Assembly (NCBI GenBank): GCA_044892525.1 | Contig: CM097888.1 | Coordinates: forward strand, 72,974,001-73,038,000 | From: Schmidtea polychroa | Taxonomy: Eukaryota | Length of the DNA: 64,000 nt | Direction: 5' to 3' | Part shown: positions 40,083 through 52,500 of the stretch, one piece after another | How positions within the stretch are numbered: position 1 is the stretch's first letter | How the letters are laid out: every line of letters begins with the position of its first letter | Position numbers and translations under genes: made by a program | Notes under the pieces: model-generated | The model's input: the letters and a program-made list of their open reading frames with translations, nothing else | Databases searched by the model: none | Told to the model about the DNA's origin: nothing

Positions 40083-42237
40083 TATGTTCAGTGGCGTGTT
40101 TACAGAAAAATAGGCCGCAAAGAGTTTTTGGACGTTCTAAATATTTAGACTGGTGGTATACAGCTTATGTTCAAAAAGTTATCTTAAAATTCACGAAATT
40201 TTAATACTAAAAATTTCGGAATTGTCAGATTAAAACCTTCAACGCGTAAACTATAGCAAACGACCATTTGTTTTGCGTAAAAATGAATTACTAGGCCTGT
40301 ACATTCTGTACATGTAAAATTTATATAGATAATAAATCTTCATTAGGTGAATTTTTCATTTATTGAATGAATACACTTTATAGTATAACGTTTTAAAATG
40401 TACAAATATATTTTTCTATGAAATGGGAAAATGCCAAAAATTTTTAAAAACTTACAGCAGAGTATTGAAATGTGCAAATATATTCGATAAAAATATTCTG
40501 AGCAAAATACATTAGCTATAAAGAAACTGAAAAGAAATGCTTTACTTTATTTTTTTGTACTCAAATATCCAAAAAGTAAAATAATTTACTCCTACATTCC
40601 ATAAGAATTCACAAAATAAAAAAATGGCAAAAATTAAAAAAAATCCGTTTTATTAGAAAAATATACAAATTGCCATTCAGATATTTTACATTTGTATCTG
40701 ATACCTAATATAAATGTATATCATCAATTCAATTTGTGTCACATGAACTACAATACATTTTATATAACATTCTAATACAATTCATAAGCAATAATCACTC
40801 GTCTCATTGAACTACATATCGTAGTTATTATTCATTAGAATGTATATAAATAAAATTGAAAGACTCAAATTCCTCATTCATTATTCGACTTGGTCAATGA
40901 ATTGTCTGTTGAAGGCATCAAAGGTATCGAGTGTGATCTTTCTCTTACACGATTAGATTGGATACTCTAAATTACCCAATTATTCATAAAACATTATTAG
41001 ATATATGCAAATATAATAAAATTAATGCCAAAAATCAGAAGTATAAAAAAAAATTCAGAATCACATAAANNNNNNNNNNNNNNNNNNNNNNNNNNNNNNN
41101 NNNNNNNNNNNNNNNNNNNNNNNNNNNNNNNNNNNNNNNNNNNNNNNNNNNNNNNNNNNNNNNNNNNNNNNNNNNNNNNNNNNNNNNNNNNNNNNNNNNN
41201 NNNNNNNNNNNNNNNNNNNNNNNNNNNNNNNNNNNNNNNNNNNAAAATAAAGAAGACAATTAATTCTGATGTTAATATCGAAAATATTTTACAGAATGTG
41301 TTTTCAAAACTGTCTAAAAAAGTATTGAACTGATTATATCATAAAGAAAATCCTTGTCCTCACACAAGTGAAAGGTTCTTAGTCATAGTCAAAACATTGT
41401 CAAAAAATAGTCCCGAATTACCTCTGAATGAAAATGGACCGTTCTTTAAAAGACTAAAATATGCAATGAATCACAACTTGTCGAATAAAATTTAATATAG
41501 ACTTTATAGACTTTATGATAAAGATCTTTCTTTAAATGAATTATGTAAAAACAATTTCTGAGAAATTTATGCAAAATTATAAAAGAATTAATTTTTCCGC
41601 TGAAGAATATTATTAAAAAATAATTATACTTTCGTAGAATGCTAAAATAAAATATACACAATATGGTAAGAAACCAAATTAAACATTTTTTTTTCTTTTG
41701 AAGGTAAAACAAATGATGGAAATTGAATTGTCAACAATTTTAGTTAATTAAAAAATAAATTTAGAGAAGTGATAAACTGAATTATAAAATTTAATAATAC
41801 TTTTAAGAAAATTAAGGTAATTTAACTAAAGCTTTAAAAATAAAGAAAAAATTCAGTATATTAACAAATCACTTTGAAATAATTAGTTAATAAATAACAT
41901 AAATTCATACATTTGAATTGACTGCTTGGTCAATTTTATTAAGGTTCTGAATTCTGTCTTTAACCAATCCANNNNNNNNNNNNNNNNNNNNNNNNNNNNN
42001 NNNNNNNNNNNNNNNNNNNNNNNNNNNNNNNNNNNNNNNNNNNNNNNNNNNNNNNNNNNNNNNNNNNNNNNNNNNNNNNNNNNNNNNNNNNNNNNNNNNN
42101 NNNNNNNNNNNNNNNNNNNNNNNNNNNNNNNNNNNNNNNNNNNNNNNNNAGCTAAGGGTCCCCTCCATCCGAATTTTACTTTTTTTTATTTTATTATTAT
42201 TTTTTATTTTATTTTTTTATTAATTTTTTTATTGAAA

Positions 42238-43391
42238 ATATTGAATAAACTTCCCGGGGATATAGTCACTTGTATTGGAATAGATGAAGCAACGGCATGT
42301 GGAACAGATCGGGCTGATGAATCAGATGAAATCAGAATCTCTTGCCTATCCCCCAGAGTATCTCGCATCAATCACACCACCCGGGCTTCCACCACAAAAA
42401 TTAAATTTAAAAGTAGGGGCAATTGTGATGCTAATCCGAAATCTTATTATTACAGATGGATTATGTAATGGTACAAGATTAATCATACGTAAGATAGGGA
42501 TTAGAATTTTACATTGTGAAATTTTAACTGGTTATCACAAAGGTGAAATAGTGTCTATTCCGCGAATAACACTGAACTCTGCAGATCATGTCCATTTATA
42601 CTTCATAGAACGCAATTTCCGGTTAGACTTGCATTCGCAATGACAATTAACAAAAGCCAGGGGCAGAGTTTTGAAAAAGTTGGATTATATCTTACACCAT
42701 CTTACCCTATTTTTGGACATGGCCAACTATATGTGGCCTTATCTAGGTGTAGATCAAGAAAGGGAATATTAATTCAAGTGGAAGGAAATTTAATAAATAA
42801 CATAGTATACAAAGAAGTTTTGATTTAAAATAAATAAAATAATTTTTTATTAGATTGGCTGTTTCTTTTCTTTGTAATAGGGCATTTCGTGGTAGATATT
42901 TAACGAGTTTACTTCTAATAACATACGTGAACATCTATATCCACCATTTTTTGGGCCTAACAATGCCCCACAATACAGACACTGATTATCTTGGCCACTC
43001 AAACTAAGCATGTAAGGGTAGATATTTAATGAGTTTACGTTCAATCTGAACGTACAGAATTTAAATCCACCATTTTTGAAGGCCATTCCCCCACAATAGA
43101 TGCACAGATAGTCCATGTCGCCCATATCAAGGTATTCAACTTCTTCAACTATAAATATTGATTTTTTTCAGTTGTCATTTTTAATTTTTTATGATGTATT
43201 TATTCTTTTTTACTTATCGTTCTATATTACTTTGAAATGGTTTATGTTATTATCTTTTATCATAGTTATGTAAACATATTAATAAACTGAATTTTATTCT
43301 TGTCCAACAATACCCAGGATATTAACTTTAACATTAACCCCACCTTCTAACGGGGTTGGTGAGGCAAAGCGAACAGGAGCAGAGCCCCTAG
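42238..43391 (+). mobile_element. Helitron 3' end: PIF1-like helicase C-terminus (frameshifted) plus terminus
   Basis: PPGLPPQKLNLKVGAIVMLIRNL...[32 protein letters not shown]...[23 protein letters not shown]-rich subterminal segment followed by CTAG|T at 43388-43392. Confidence 0.9.
42850..43125 (-). CDS. Small antisense ORF with two CxxC...C repeats (Helitron N-terminal zinc-finger-like)
   Basis: MGDMDYLCIYCGGMAFKNGGFKFC...VNSLNIY and QCLYCGALLGPKNGGYRC...VNSLNIY. The frame is open for 91 aa; expression is unknown. Confidence 0.45.
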   Translation of the reverse strand: MGDMDYLCIYCGGMAFKNGGFKFCTFRLNVNSLNIYPYMLSLSGQDNQCLYCGALLGPKNGGYRCSRMLLEVNSLNIYHEMPYYKEKKQPI

Positions 43392-44399
43392 TAATAATAA
43401 TAAATTATAGTTTAGAAGAATATAACAAATATTTTTATATTATTAAGAAAACTTATTTATTTTTAAGGAAATCTAAAAAGTCAAATAAAGTTTGAGTGAT
43501 ACTTAATGCGAATCCAATGGAGTTCCTAATCCTAATCCATGCATTACCATGCAAAAGTATAGATAAAAAATGTGCTATTTGGCGTTAATTATAAGTTCTT
43601 TATTACTTGTATAATCCTCACGATAAATGTACATATTAATAAAATTATAAATTCAAAAGCAAATAATATAATAAAACATGCAATTAGTATAATACAAATA
43701 ATTATATTAACGTTTGTTTTACTGCGTTATTTTTTTAAACTAATACTACTGTGGTGTGCCTACTGATGCCAAACAAACTATGGAAAAATACTATCGCAAC
43801 AGCTTATATATATATTTCCCGCGAAATCCACAAAGATACCAATTCCAGATTTCCTGAGAAAAAGTAAATGGGATTATTTTTAATATTTATCATCATATAT
43901 AGAATGCATTATCAGATTGGAGTTTCTTTGTGAATTAAAACAAGTTTAATTAAATTTCTAAAAACAATTAGTTATTATTTCACTGATATAAAATTTTAAA
44001 TATTAAAAGTAAAGAATTATTAAAGAAAAAGTATGCCACCAGAAAGAAATTGGAGATTTAATTCTACTATTGATTCTAGTAATAAGGAAAAATCAAATAT
44101 AATCAATAATAATGCAATAAATATAATCAAAGTATTGTGAGAAAATGAGGTTTCACAAGTGGAATAAATGGCCATTTGCAAATCCGACATGAAATACATT
44201 TGGTTACCAAGAACAATAGATTCGACGTGCCAAGTACTTCATCGCTTGACACATCTGATAAATCTATTTCGGGGAATATCAATTCCGTTTCAAAATATAT
44301 AAATCATTGGAAGAAATCCTTGCAAAACTAGCAGCTGTTATTTAAAATGTTATTTCGAAAAGCATATTTATTCATGAATCTATTTCTGCGAAAGGATAT

Positions 44400-45890
44400 T
44401 TTCTTCCTAAAAACCCTTTAGACAATGAATCTTATATTTAACTTTATGTCGAAATCAAATCAGAACTTAAATGTAAATGTTAAACTTTTTTAAAAGCAAA
44501 TAAAAATTTTTGCTTAACTTTAAATGAGAGGACAAGCAGTCATTATCGTAGAAAAAAATGAATATCAATGTCATATGCAATGATGGAATATTTGAAAATC
44601 TAGGATTAATAAGAATTGAAGGAAGTTGTGGAGCTGATAAACGTTAGATTTAGTTAATGAGCTGTAAAAGGAATTTTATTTTAATTTATCTACAGATATG
44701 ATTGCAATCATAATTGATGGAGCAGCCGTTATGGTTAAATTTGGGAAGTTAGCTCCTGCTTTCCATTTACAATACTATACACATGGGATTCGTCCGGCTG
44801 TTTTGGATACCCTTTTTGGTTCTACTAAGACAGAATTATTATTGCAAAAATACACCAACACCAAGTAGACCAATTATTAGATTCAAATGATAATAGCGAC
44901 ATTGAAGGTATAAAAAATAACAATGGTGGTCTCGATAAAGATGAAAATCCAACATGATACAAATATAAGTGACCTTAAATTCAAATAACTAAAACCTCAA
45001 ATCCAGGAGGCAATAAAAAAAATTCACAAAATAGCATCATTTTTCAGGAAATCGTCCGTGCGCAACACAATTCAGCAGCAAAATGTTAAGTTAGAATATA
45101 ACTTATCACTAGACTGCACAACACGATGGAATAGCTTGTTAGATATGTTGGAAAGATTTGACCAAATTAGAATTCCGATTAAAAAAGCCTATGCGAAATT
45201 AATACTACACATCAACTTGAAAAGGAATATCTGCTTTTCCAGTAAATTTGCGTATGGAGTATTATGTCATCCTAGTATGGATTTAATAAAAGGTGAGGGA
45301 TTCTATCGTTAATAATAGAAACATTAAATCCGTAGGATAATTCAATATCTGGAGAATTATTGCAAAATTTTAAATTGCGCATGATAACTCGAAGACCAAA
45401 ATTTTTAATGCCATTGGTAAATAATTAAAGTTTATTGTTTTCTAAACAAGATGATAATTTTTTTGAAATGTCATCGAAATATGAAATGATTAAATTATCT
45501 AAAGAATTGTTACACCGCCTATTTCCAGTTAATATCATTGAAGACACCGTTGTACTTGAAAATGAAGATTGCGTATTGATTTCCGATACAGAAAACAGTA
45601 TAGAAGCAGAAATGTCAGCGAATGTTTTGAAACGAAAACTTGCGTGCTATAATAATTATAAGCACCAAATAACAAAATACTGGAGATACAGAATATAAGA
45701 CTATATTAAAAGAACTTAATTTGTTTGAAGTCATTATAAAAATGAACAAAAAAATTGAAAATGCTATTAAATGCTATTAAATGCTCTCCTTTACATTAAA
45801 CAAACCTCAATGGAAAGTACTTCACCCAAATTAGGACACAATTCGATTAATGCGCTAGTTTCTCTCAGAATTCATTTTAAAATCTCTACT
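44400..45890 (+). mobile_element. hAT transposase relic (hobo/Hermes/Ac-like)
   Basis: FCLTLNERTSS..RR.MNINV, NLGLIRIEGS, DMIAIIIDGAAVMVKFGK, LSLDCTTRWNSLLDMLERF. Many stops and frameshifts. Confidence 0.8.
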
Positions 45891-46425
45891 GTTAAATATC
45901 TTTTTTTTGTTCTATTAGAAATATTTTGTTTTAATAAAAAAAATTAATGAAAATTTTTTACATTAGTAATCATTTTAGGAAGTGTACCAGTAAAAAATAA
46001 GTATTGCTGATTTTAAGATCTCGTCGAAGAGTTTGAGTAATTACTGGGAACGAGTAACGTGCGAGGTGTTGTTATTAGATCTTAAAATCCTATAATTAAT
46101 ATTCAAAGTGTCCAGTCTACAGGGATTTTGAATGTATTTAAATAATTTAACTTTTATATTTAATATTTTGGATGATGTTGTTTGTAAATTTTTTTGCATA
46201 AAAACAGTTTTTATTTTTAAATTTAAATTAATTTTAAAAAAAGATCTTTTGTATGAGAATGTTAACAATTTTGTGCGTTTTTAAAATTAAAATAATTGTT
46301 ATAATATTAAAAAATGTTTTTCAAAATTTTATTAAAATATCTTTTTGATACAGTTTGATTATGATTATTGGTTGTTAATTTGTTTGAATATTATTATTTT
46401 CATTTAGTTGTGATTGATATGATTC

Positions 46426-46468
46426 TTAGCCTGAAGAAGACTGTTAAATGGTCGAAATGTATAGCAAT
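46426..46468 (+). ncRNA. Minimal type I hammerhead ribozyme candidate (Penelope-like element type)
   Basis: TTAGC-CTGAAGA-A-GAC-TGTTAAATG-GTC-GAAA-TGTA-T-A-GCAA: intact core, 3-4 bp stem II, very short stem III with near-palindromic loop, and stem I with one mismatch. Predicted cleavage after 46463; AATAAA lies downstream. Confidence 0.6.
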
Positions 46469-46535
46469 TAACAGTACCGTTAATAGATTATCTTCGAAGT
46501 GTCTTAAATAAAGTCTCAATACAGACATAGACTTT

Positions 46536-49500
46536 TCAATAGTAAAGATGGCTTTTTAATAAATTTGAATGAATTAATTTGTTCTTAGTTTTTACTAATA
46601 AACGTTTATTTTTGCGTTCTTTTTGGTGCCAATAAGTATTGTATTAAGATGACAAAGTCTTGAAAGCATTTAAAACTAATAATAAATTACCTTTGAGTTT
46701 ATTCGGCAAAGGGGGGTTAGGTTTGTTGGGGAAATACTTATTATATAATGCTGGAACTGGTGGTCTTGCGGGAGTTCTTTTACCTTTTTCCTAAATAGAA
46801 TTAATAAACAAAATGGATACAAAAAATTACATTGGGATCAGAATTACTCATATTTTGTGCAGTTATAGGGGTTGAATTATTATCAGTATTCAAAATGGGG
46901 GTATTTTGAGAATTGTGATTAATTAAACTGGATGGTGTGAATATTTGTCTATCTATGAGGCCTTGGATCACTTGAGATGTGAGAGATTCGCTTTGAATAG
47001 ATCTAAACATAAAAAAATATAATATGAACACAAACATAAATTTGTATTGGTTTCAATAAGTGACGCACCAAAACTTTTCCTCTATTTATACCATTATAAC
47101 AGAGGCCTTAAAAAACTTTGCGAATTTGTTGATATCGAGTATAAATTATTGTACGTTTAACTGCCTTTAAGGGAATATTTTTTACCACTGGAGAATCATC
47201 CCCGTGTTTTAAAATCTTTTTTTGAAGATGATTTTACTTAGAATTTGCACTATCCCTAATGTATATTTTTCATGAAAAAGTAACAGAAATGGAATTCGAG
47301 CAGAATTTTGTGTCGGAAGTAATGACTACCGTTAACTCGTTAGCAAATATATTAAGTCAAAGATATGAAGAATCGTTTCTACCAGTAAAAGTAAAATCTG
47401 TTTGGTTCGAAATTGCGGAAAATGACCTGCAAAAAGAAAAAGATAAATTCATTTTAGTCTGTATGGATTGTTATCAAAAGTCATACGAATATTTAAAATT
47501 TTGGAGTAATCAGCTATCAACTTTCAATGGTTTTAGTTGGATGAAATTAGAACATATTCCAACATGGAAGAAATTGAAAAGTTTATAGTATTTCTTGCAG
47601 CTAGATATATTGTTGTGGATGACACAAAATGTTTCGACCAGTTTTGTAACCTAAAAGTATTTTTAGAAAAAAATCTGTTGTTGAACCTTTTAAAAATCTT
47701 ATTTCCTACCTTAATTGTGCAGAATACTTCAAAACAAATAACAAATACTTTTGAGTTTTATTCTGAAATACTAAAAATCTGTGAATATTTTTTTTGCAAT
47801 ACCATTCCAAAACGCAAACGTGGAGAGAATATTTTCCATGATCGGCGGACAGTGGACTAAAGAGAGAAATAAATTTAAAATTTCCACTGTACCACGAATT
47901 TTAATGGTAGTTTATGATTATAAGAACTAATATTACTCAATCACTTTGGTTAACAATGTTCACGAACTCCAACACAGATGTGAGAAATCTAACCAATGCA
48001 TGTGGCATTACATCCGTAACGTATATATTTATTTATGTGATCCGAACACAAGTCAACCCGAGTTTTAGACTTATTAACAAACATACTTTACACCAGTGCC
48101 TCTCAAAGTGGGTTACACGAAAAAATATTAAGGGTACTCTAATAAAATATAGATTAGAGAAATATTGTTATTGAAAAAATCGTTAATTCGAGGAAAAAGA
48201 GCCAAATTTAATGAAATTACGTAGAATGTGATTTAATATATAACGGGTAGGTTAAGAATAAATACTTTCAATGGTGCTACCAAATAAAAATTCCAAAAGC
48301 TTTTTACAGAAAATATTGTATCTAATGTGAACATTTGCTAAGTAAATTAAGTTAGGGAGAATAACCAAAAAATATTGTTGGACATAATAGTATTGTTTTA
48401 ATATTGTATTTAACTGAATTTTGCTTTGAATCTAATTAATTAGCAATATTTATTGAAATAATTAAAAGTAAGTATTTTTTGTTAACATAACATAACTTTC
48501 ATGTAAATTAAAATTTTTTCGGTAACCAAAGACAGGTACTGCAGAATTAAAACGGAATACGAGTAGTGTTGAAGAGAGTACTTCGCAGGTGAACGAAGAA
48601 ATACCAGTTTTAGTTACTTGTGCATGTTTAAAATCTTACTGGGGTACTCAAAAAGATAAATAAATAACGAAAGGGTAGTTAACACAAAAAGTTTGAGAAA
48701 CACTGCTTTGCACGAATTAAAGGCGATCTTATAATTTAGAGTATCACACTGTTTATTCATCTTTCCCTTAAATCTGTTAAACCTACCGAGTACGGCAATA
48801 CCAATACAAATTTAGGCTCATCATTCTTTCACACATTATTAATGGTATTACCACCACAATCCAATTTGCACACCTTACTCAAATTACACTCAAACATTTT
48901 TAAACATGGATCCAAATTCTTGAAATGGTTACAAAACTTTGAAATAGAAATTCATATAAAGAATTCAATGATTTCTTACATATTATCGAACGAATTCTTC
49001 TTTTTTGATTTTTTAGTAGTCAAGCTGTTAAGTGATGATATGCTGGAAGAAAGTGACGGTGATTTGGGAATAGTATTAAAACTGGATTTTTTCATTTGAC
49101 TGACTTTGTGGATTTTATTTTTCTGAAACGATGAGAATCGATAATCCAATTTAATAGTGTTGATGTTAAATATTAAAATCAATAGTGCAGATAATTAGGT
49201 TTAAAAAAACACCAAATAATCGATGAAATGCAAATATTGATAAATTCATATAATGATTACTATACCTTCATCGGCGGCATCGTTGATATTTTTCCTTTTC
49301 TTGTCAAATTGTCTTCTGATTTTGTGTTAATTACAGTATTTAATTTTTTTGAAAACTAGATGCAAAATTATCATATACAAAACGAAAAAAAAGTAATTCA
49401 ATAAAATATATTTAAAAGATATTTATATTTAATTAGCACAGAATTATCATCAAGTAACTTTCCAAATGAAATATGAATGGCCTAAAATTGCAAAATAAAA

Positions 49501-52500
49501 ATGAAGAATGGTAAAAATTGCTTAACTCAAGAGTCACATGCGATAACTTTAGATAAGTGTCTGTCAAAGGTAATAATGGGCAAGGAGAATTTGTTCCGTG
49601 ACACCAATCAAAAAGTGTATATATATACTTATATATATATATATATATACTTAATTTAAACAAAAAACTATTTAAAAAAAAAATTCAAAAATTGTGTAAT
49701 CAATATTAAAGAAGCACATATTTTGTTTGGGAGTCGAGAAAACCTATGTGCAAAATGCACTGAGATTCTTTCGAAAATTAAGATCCTTTCAGTGCTTAAA
49801 ATAATATTTGTAAATGATCAGATTAGGCATATATAAGGTAAAATACTTCTTAATTTGCATAATACATCGGAAAATTGTGACGATTTGTTTTATTTTGATC
49901 TAGATTGAAATAAAAACATTTTGTGTACAAATAAAATATTTCAAATGTTAACATTTTGAAATTTTGTGACCGAATTTAGTATGACAAAATATAAATAATT
50001 TAAAAATATGTTTATTGAATTAATAAAATCATCTTTAAACATTTCATTTTACTTAATATATGTAAAAATGCTTTCAGCATTTTTAAATATTAAGGAATAC
50101 AAAATATACAAACACTATTCCGGTAGGAGAGGTTAATTTTTGCCATAATGTTATTTAAGGTAAAACCTTGCAGTAAATTTTTTTTACATATTTTAAATTG
50201 AAAAATTAAAATGTAAAATAATGAAATTAAAAGATATATTACCTATAAATCAAAAAATTATGCTAAACTATGCTTTAAAATTTTCGTCTATTAAAGTATT
50301 CACCTAGACAACAGTTCCATTTATTTTGAAATTTAATGCACTAAATACAATATCCAAACGCGGTCATCCATATAAAGTACTACCGCTCACTAAAAAGAAT
50401 ATCAAAAAGGCTGCACAAAGGTAAGGAAGGTCACATCTTTCGAAATCACAGATTTCAAATTTAGACATACTGTTATCTATAATTCGAAAAATGTTATCAA
50501 ATGAAAGTATTAAATACAAAAACCTCCGAAAAAAATATTTTTGAATGCAAGAAAATGTGAAAACTATTGAATAAAATTTAATGTATTCTTTTCATGCATT
50601 ATTTTAGTGATGTGTTTCTGATGCTAGTTTACTATCCTAACATAATGATTTTGCAATTTGACAGTGATTAGAGCAAATATGTACTAGACAAGATCATAGT
50701 CTTAAGGACAGAAAATGATATTCCAAGAAATAATGAAGATTTTGCGGATGATCCGGTTAAAAGGTTTTTCTAAAAATTCTTAAATCATATAGAAACTTGC
50801 CTCATTATTTATGGATAATGATATGATTATTTTAAAGCATTTCTGAATGAACAGGAATTATAATCAAAATTGGCAAAAATATAAAAATATAAAAGAAATA
50901 GATGCCTTTTTCGCACCACTTATAATAATTTATGTTCAATTCATACTGTGTCCACGCTAATCTTAACCAATCTAATTCGATTAAATTTAAGGAATTTTTA
51001 TTAGACCATGCAGAAGCATGGTTGAATTCCTACCACAATAGTCCTGGTGCATCTTGTAATACCACACAGCCATCATCAAATTTTTCAAGATTTGACTCAC
51101 GAGAAACACTTTCCAGAAATTTAAAAATTCAGACTTTGAGAAAAAAGTGTTAGTTCCAAAACCAATAAAAATGAAAAAAGATCAAATCGGCGCGTAGTTT
51201 AAAAATCATCACACTAAGAACCAATAATTTAACTGATTTGTATTTATTCCTATTTCACAAGAATATATTATCTTAATTAACATTCCATGAAATAATGTAT
51301 TATTATTGTAATAACCATTATATTAAGTATACTTTTCAAATAAACTTGTTTTTTAGATTTTCAAAATAGAAATAATTGTCACCAAAACGAGCAATAGTTG
51401 TCGTATTTTTCATCTCCGAATCCGAGGGTGTTAAGTGTTAAAAGGAAAAAGAAATAATTGCTAATTAAGTTCTATTAAAGTTGTTTTTCATTATTTTACC
51501 ATAAAAACTTACAATTCAATATCTTTGTGTATGATATAAAAATTATTGATACAATGCAATACAAAAATGAAGAAACACTTGACAATATTAAATAAATGGT
51601 AATAATAAATCAGAAATATATCGATGTTTTTTGATACTCATGAATTTTCGACACTGCCTTTTTCAAGTGAATTGAAGAAAATTCACTTGAAAAAAAGGCA
51701 GTGCTGAAAATTCGTGAGAATCAAAAAACATCGATATATCAAGCTCTCTTTTTAATAAATTCAATGGAAAAAATAATCACTGGTGAAATTGGAAAAATAA
51801 GTTCTTATAATACTATGTTAGTTTAGGTGACAAATATTTTTACTATTCATAAAATCTTTAAATGACTTAAATCAAATTTAAATAATCAATACAATAAAAA
51901 TAATTGATTAAAATTTTAGTTATTGCATAAACAAAATTGAGACAATATAAAATTTGGAAAGAAATATTAAATAAATTACAGTCGGTTTTGGAAAAGGGTG
52001 ACTTTGAACGAGACCAATACGTTATCTGATTGAAAGGTAAAGAAGAAATGAGAAACACTATTCAAAATAAAATTAATAAATTATTATTAAATTACAATAA
52101 TATTCTAACAATTAAAATTGATTAATTATACACATTTAAACAAGGTTACTCAGTCTTAATATTTATCCAATTTTCATTTGAAATTAATAAAATACCAAAC
52201 AAAGTTAAGATCATCTTATAATAAAAATACTACCATACCATATCGAATTTAAGTATTTTGAAAAATCGCTTGTCCTGAAACTCAAATTCTTTTCTTTCAC
52301 GATCGAATCTGTCATTAAATGTTTCATTGTTCAAAATCAGTGATATCCTTTCATCAATGAACTAAATTAAAATAAAAAAAATCCCAATAAAAATGTTCTC
52401 CACGAAAAATACAAAACTAAAATAATAAAAAATGTGGAAATAAAAGAACTAATGCTCCGCAAACTCCGTAAATAAATAATGAAAATATTTCACTGAAGGC

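Noticed and set aside
50108-51434. Possible piggyBac-like element (right end GAGGGTGTTAA, Cys/His remnant near 50900, exon-like 50308-50420)
   Set aside because: The left TTAA/TIR is degenerate and no transposase core motif was recognised.
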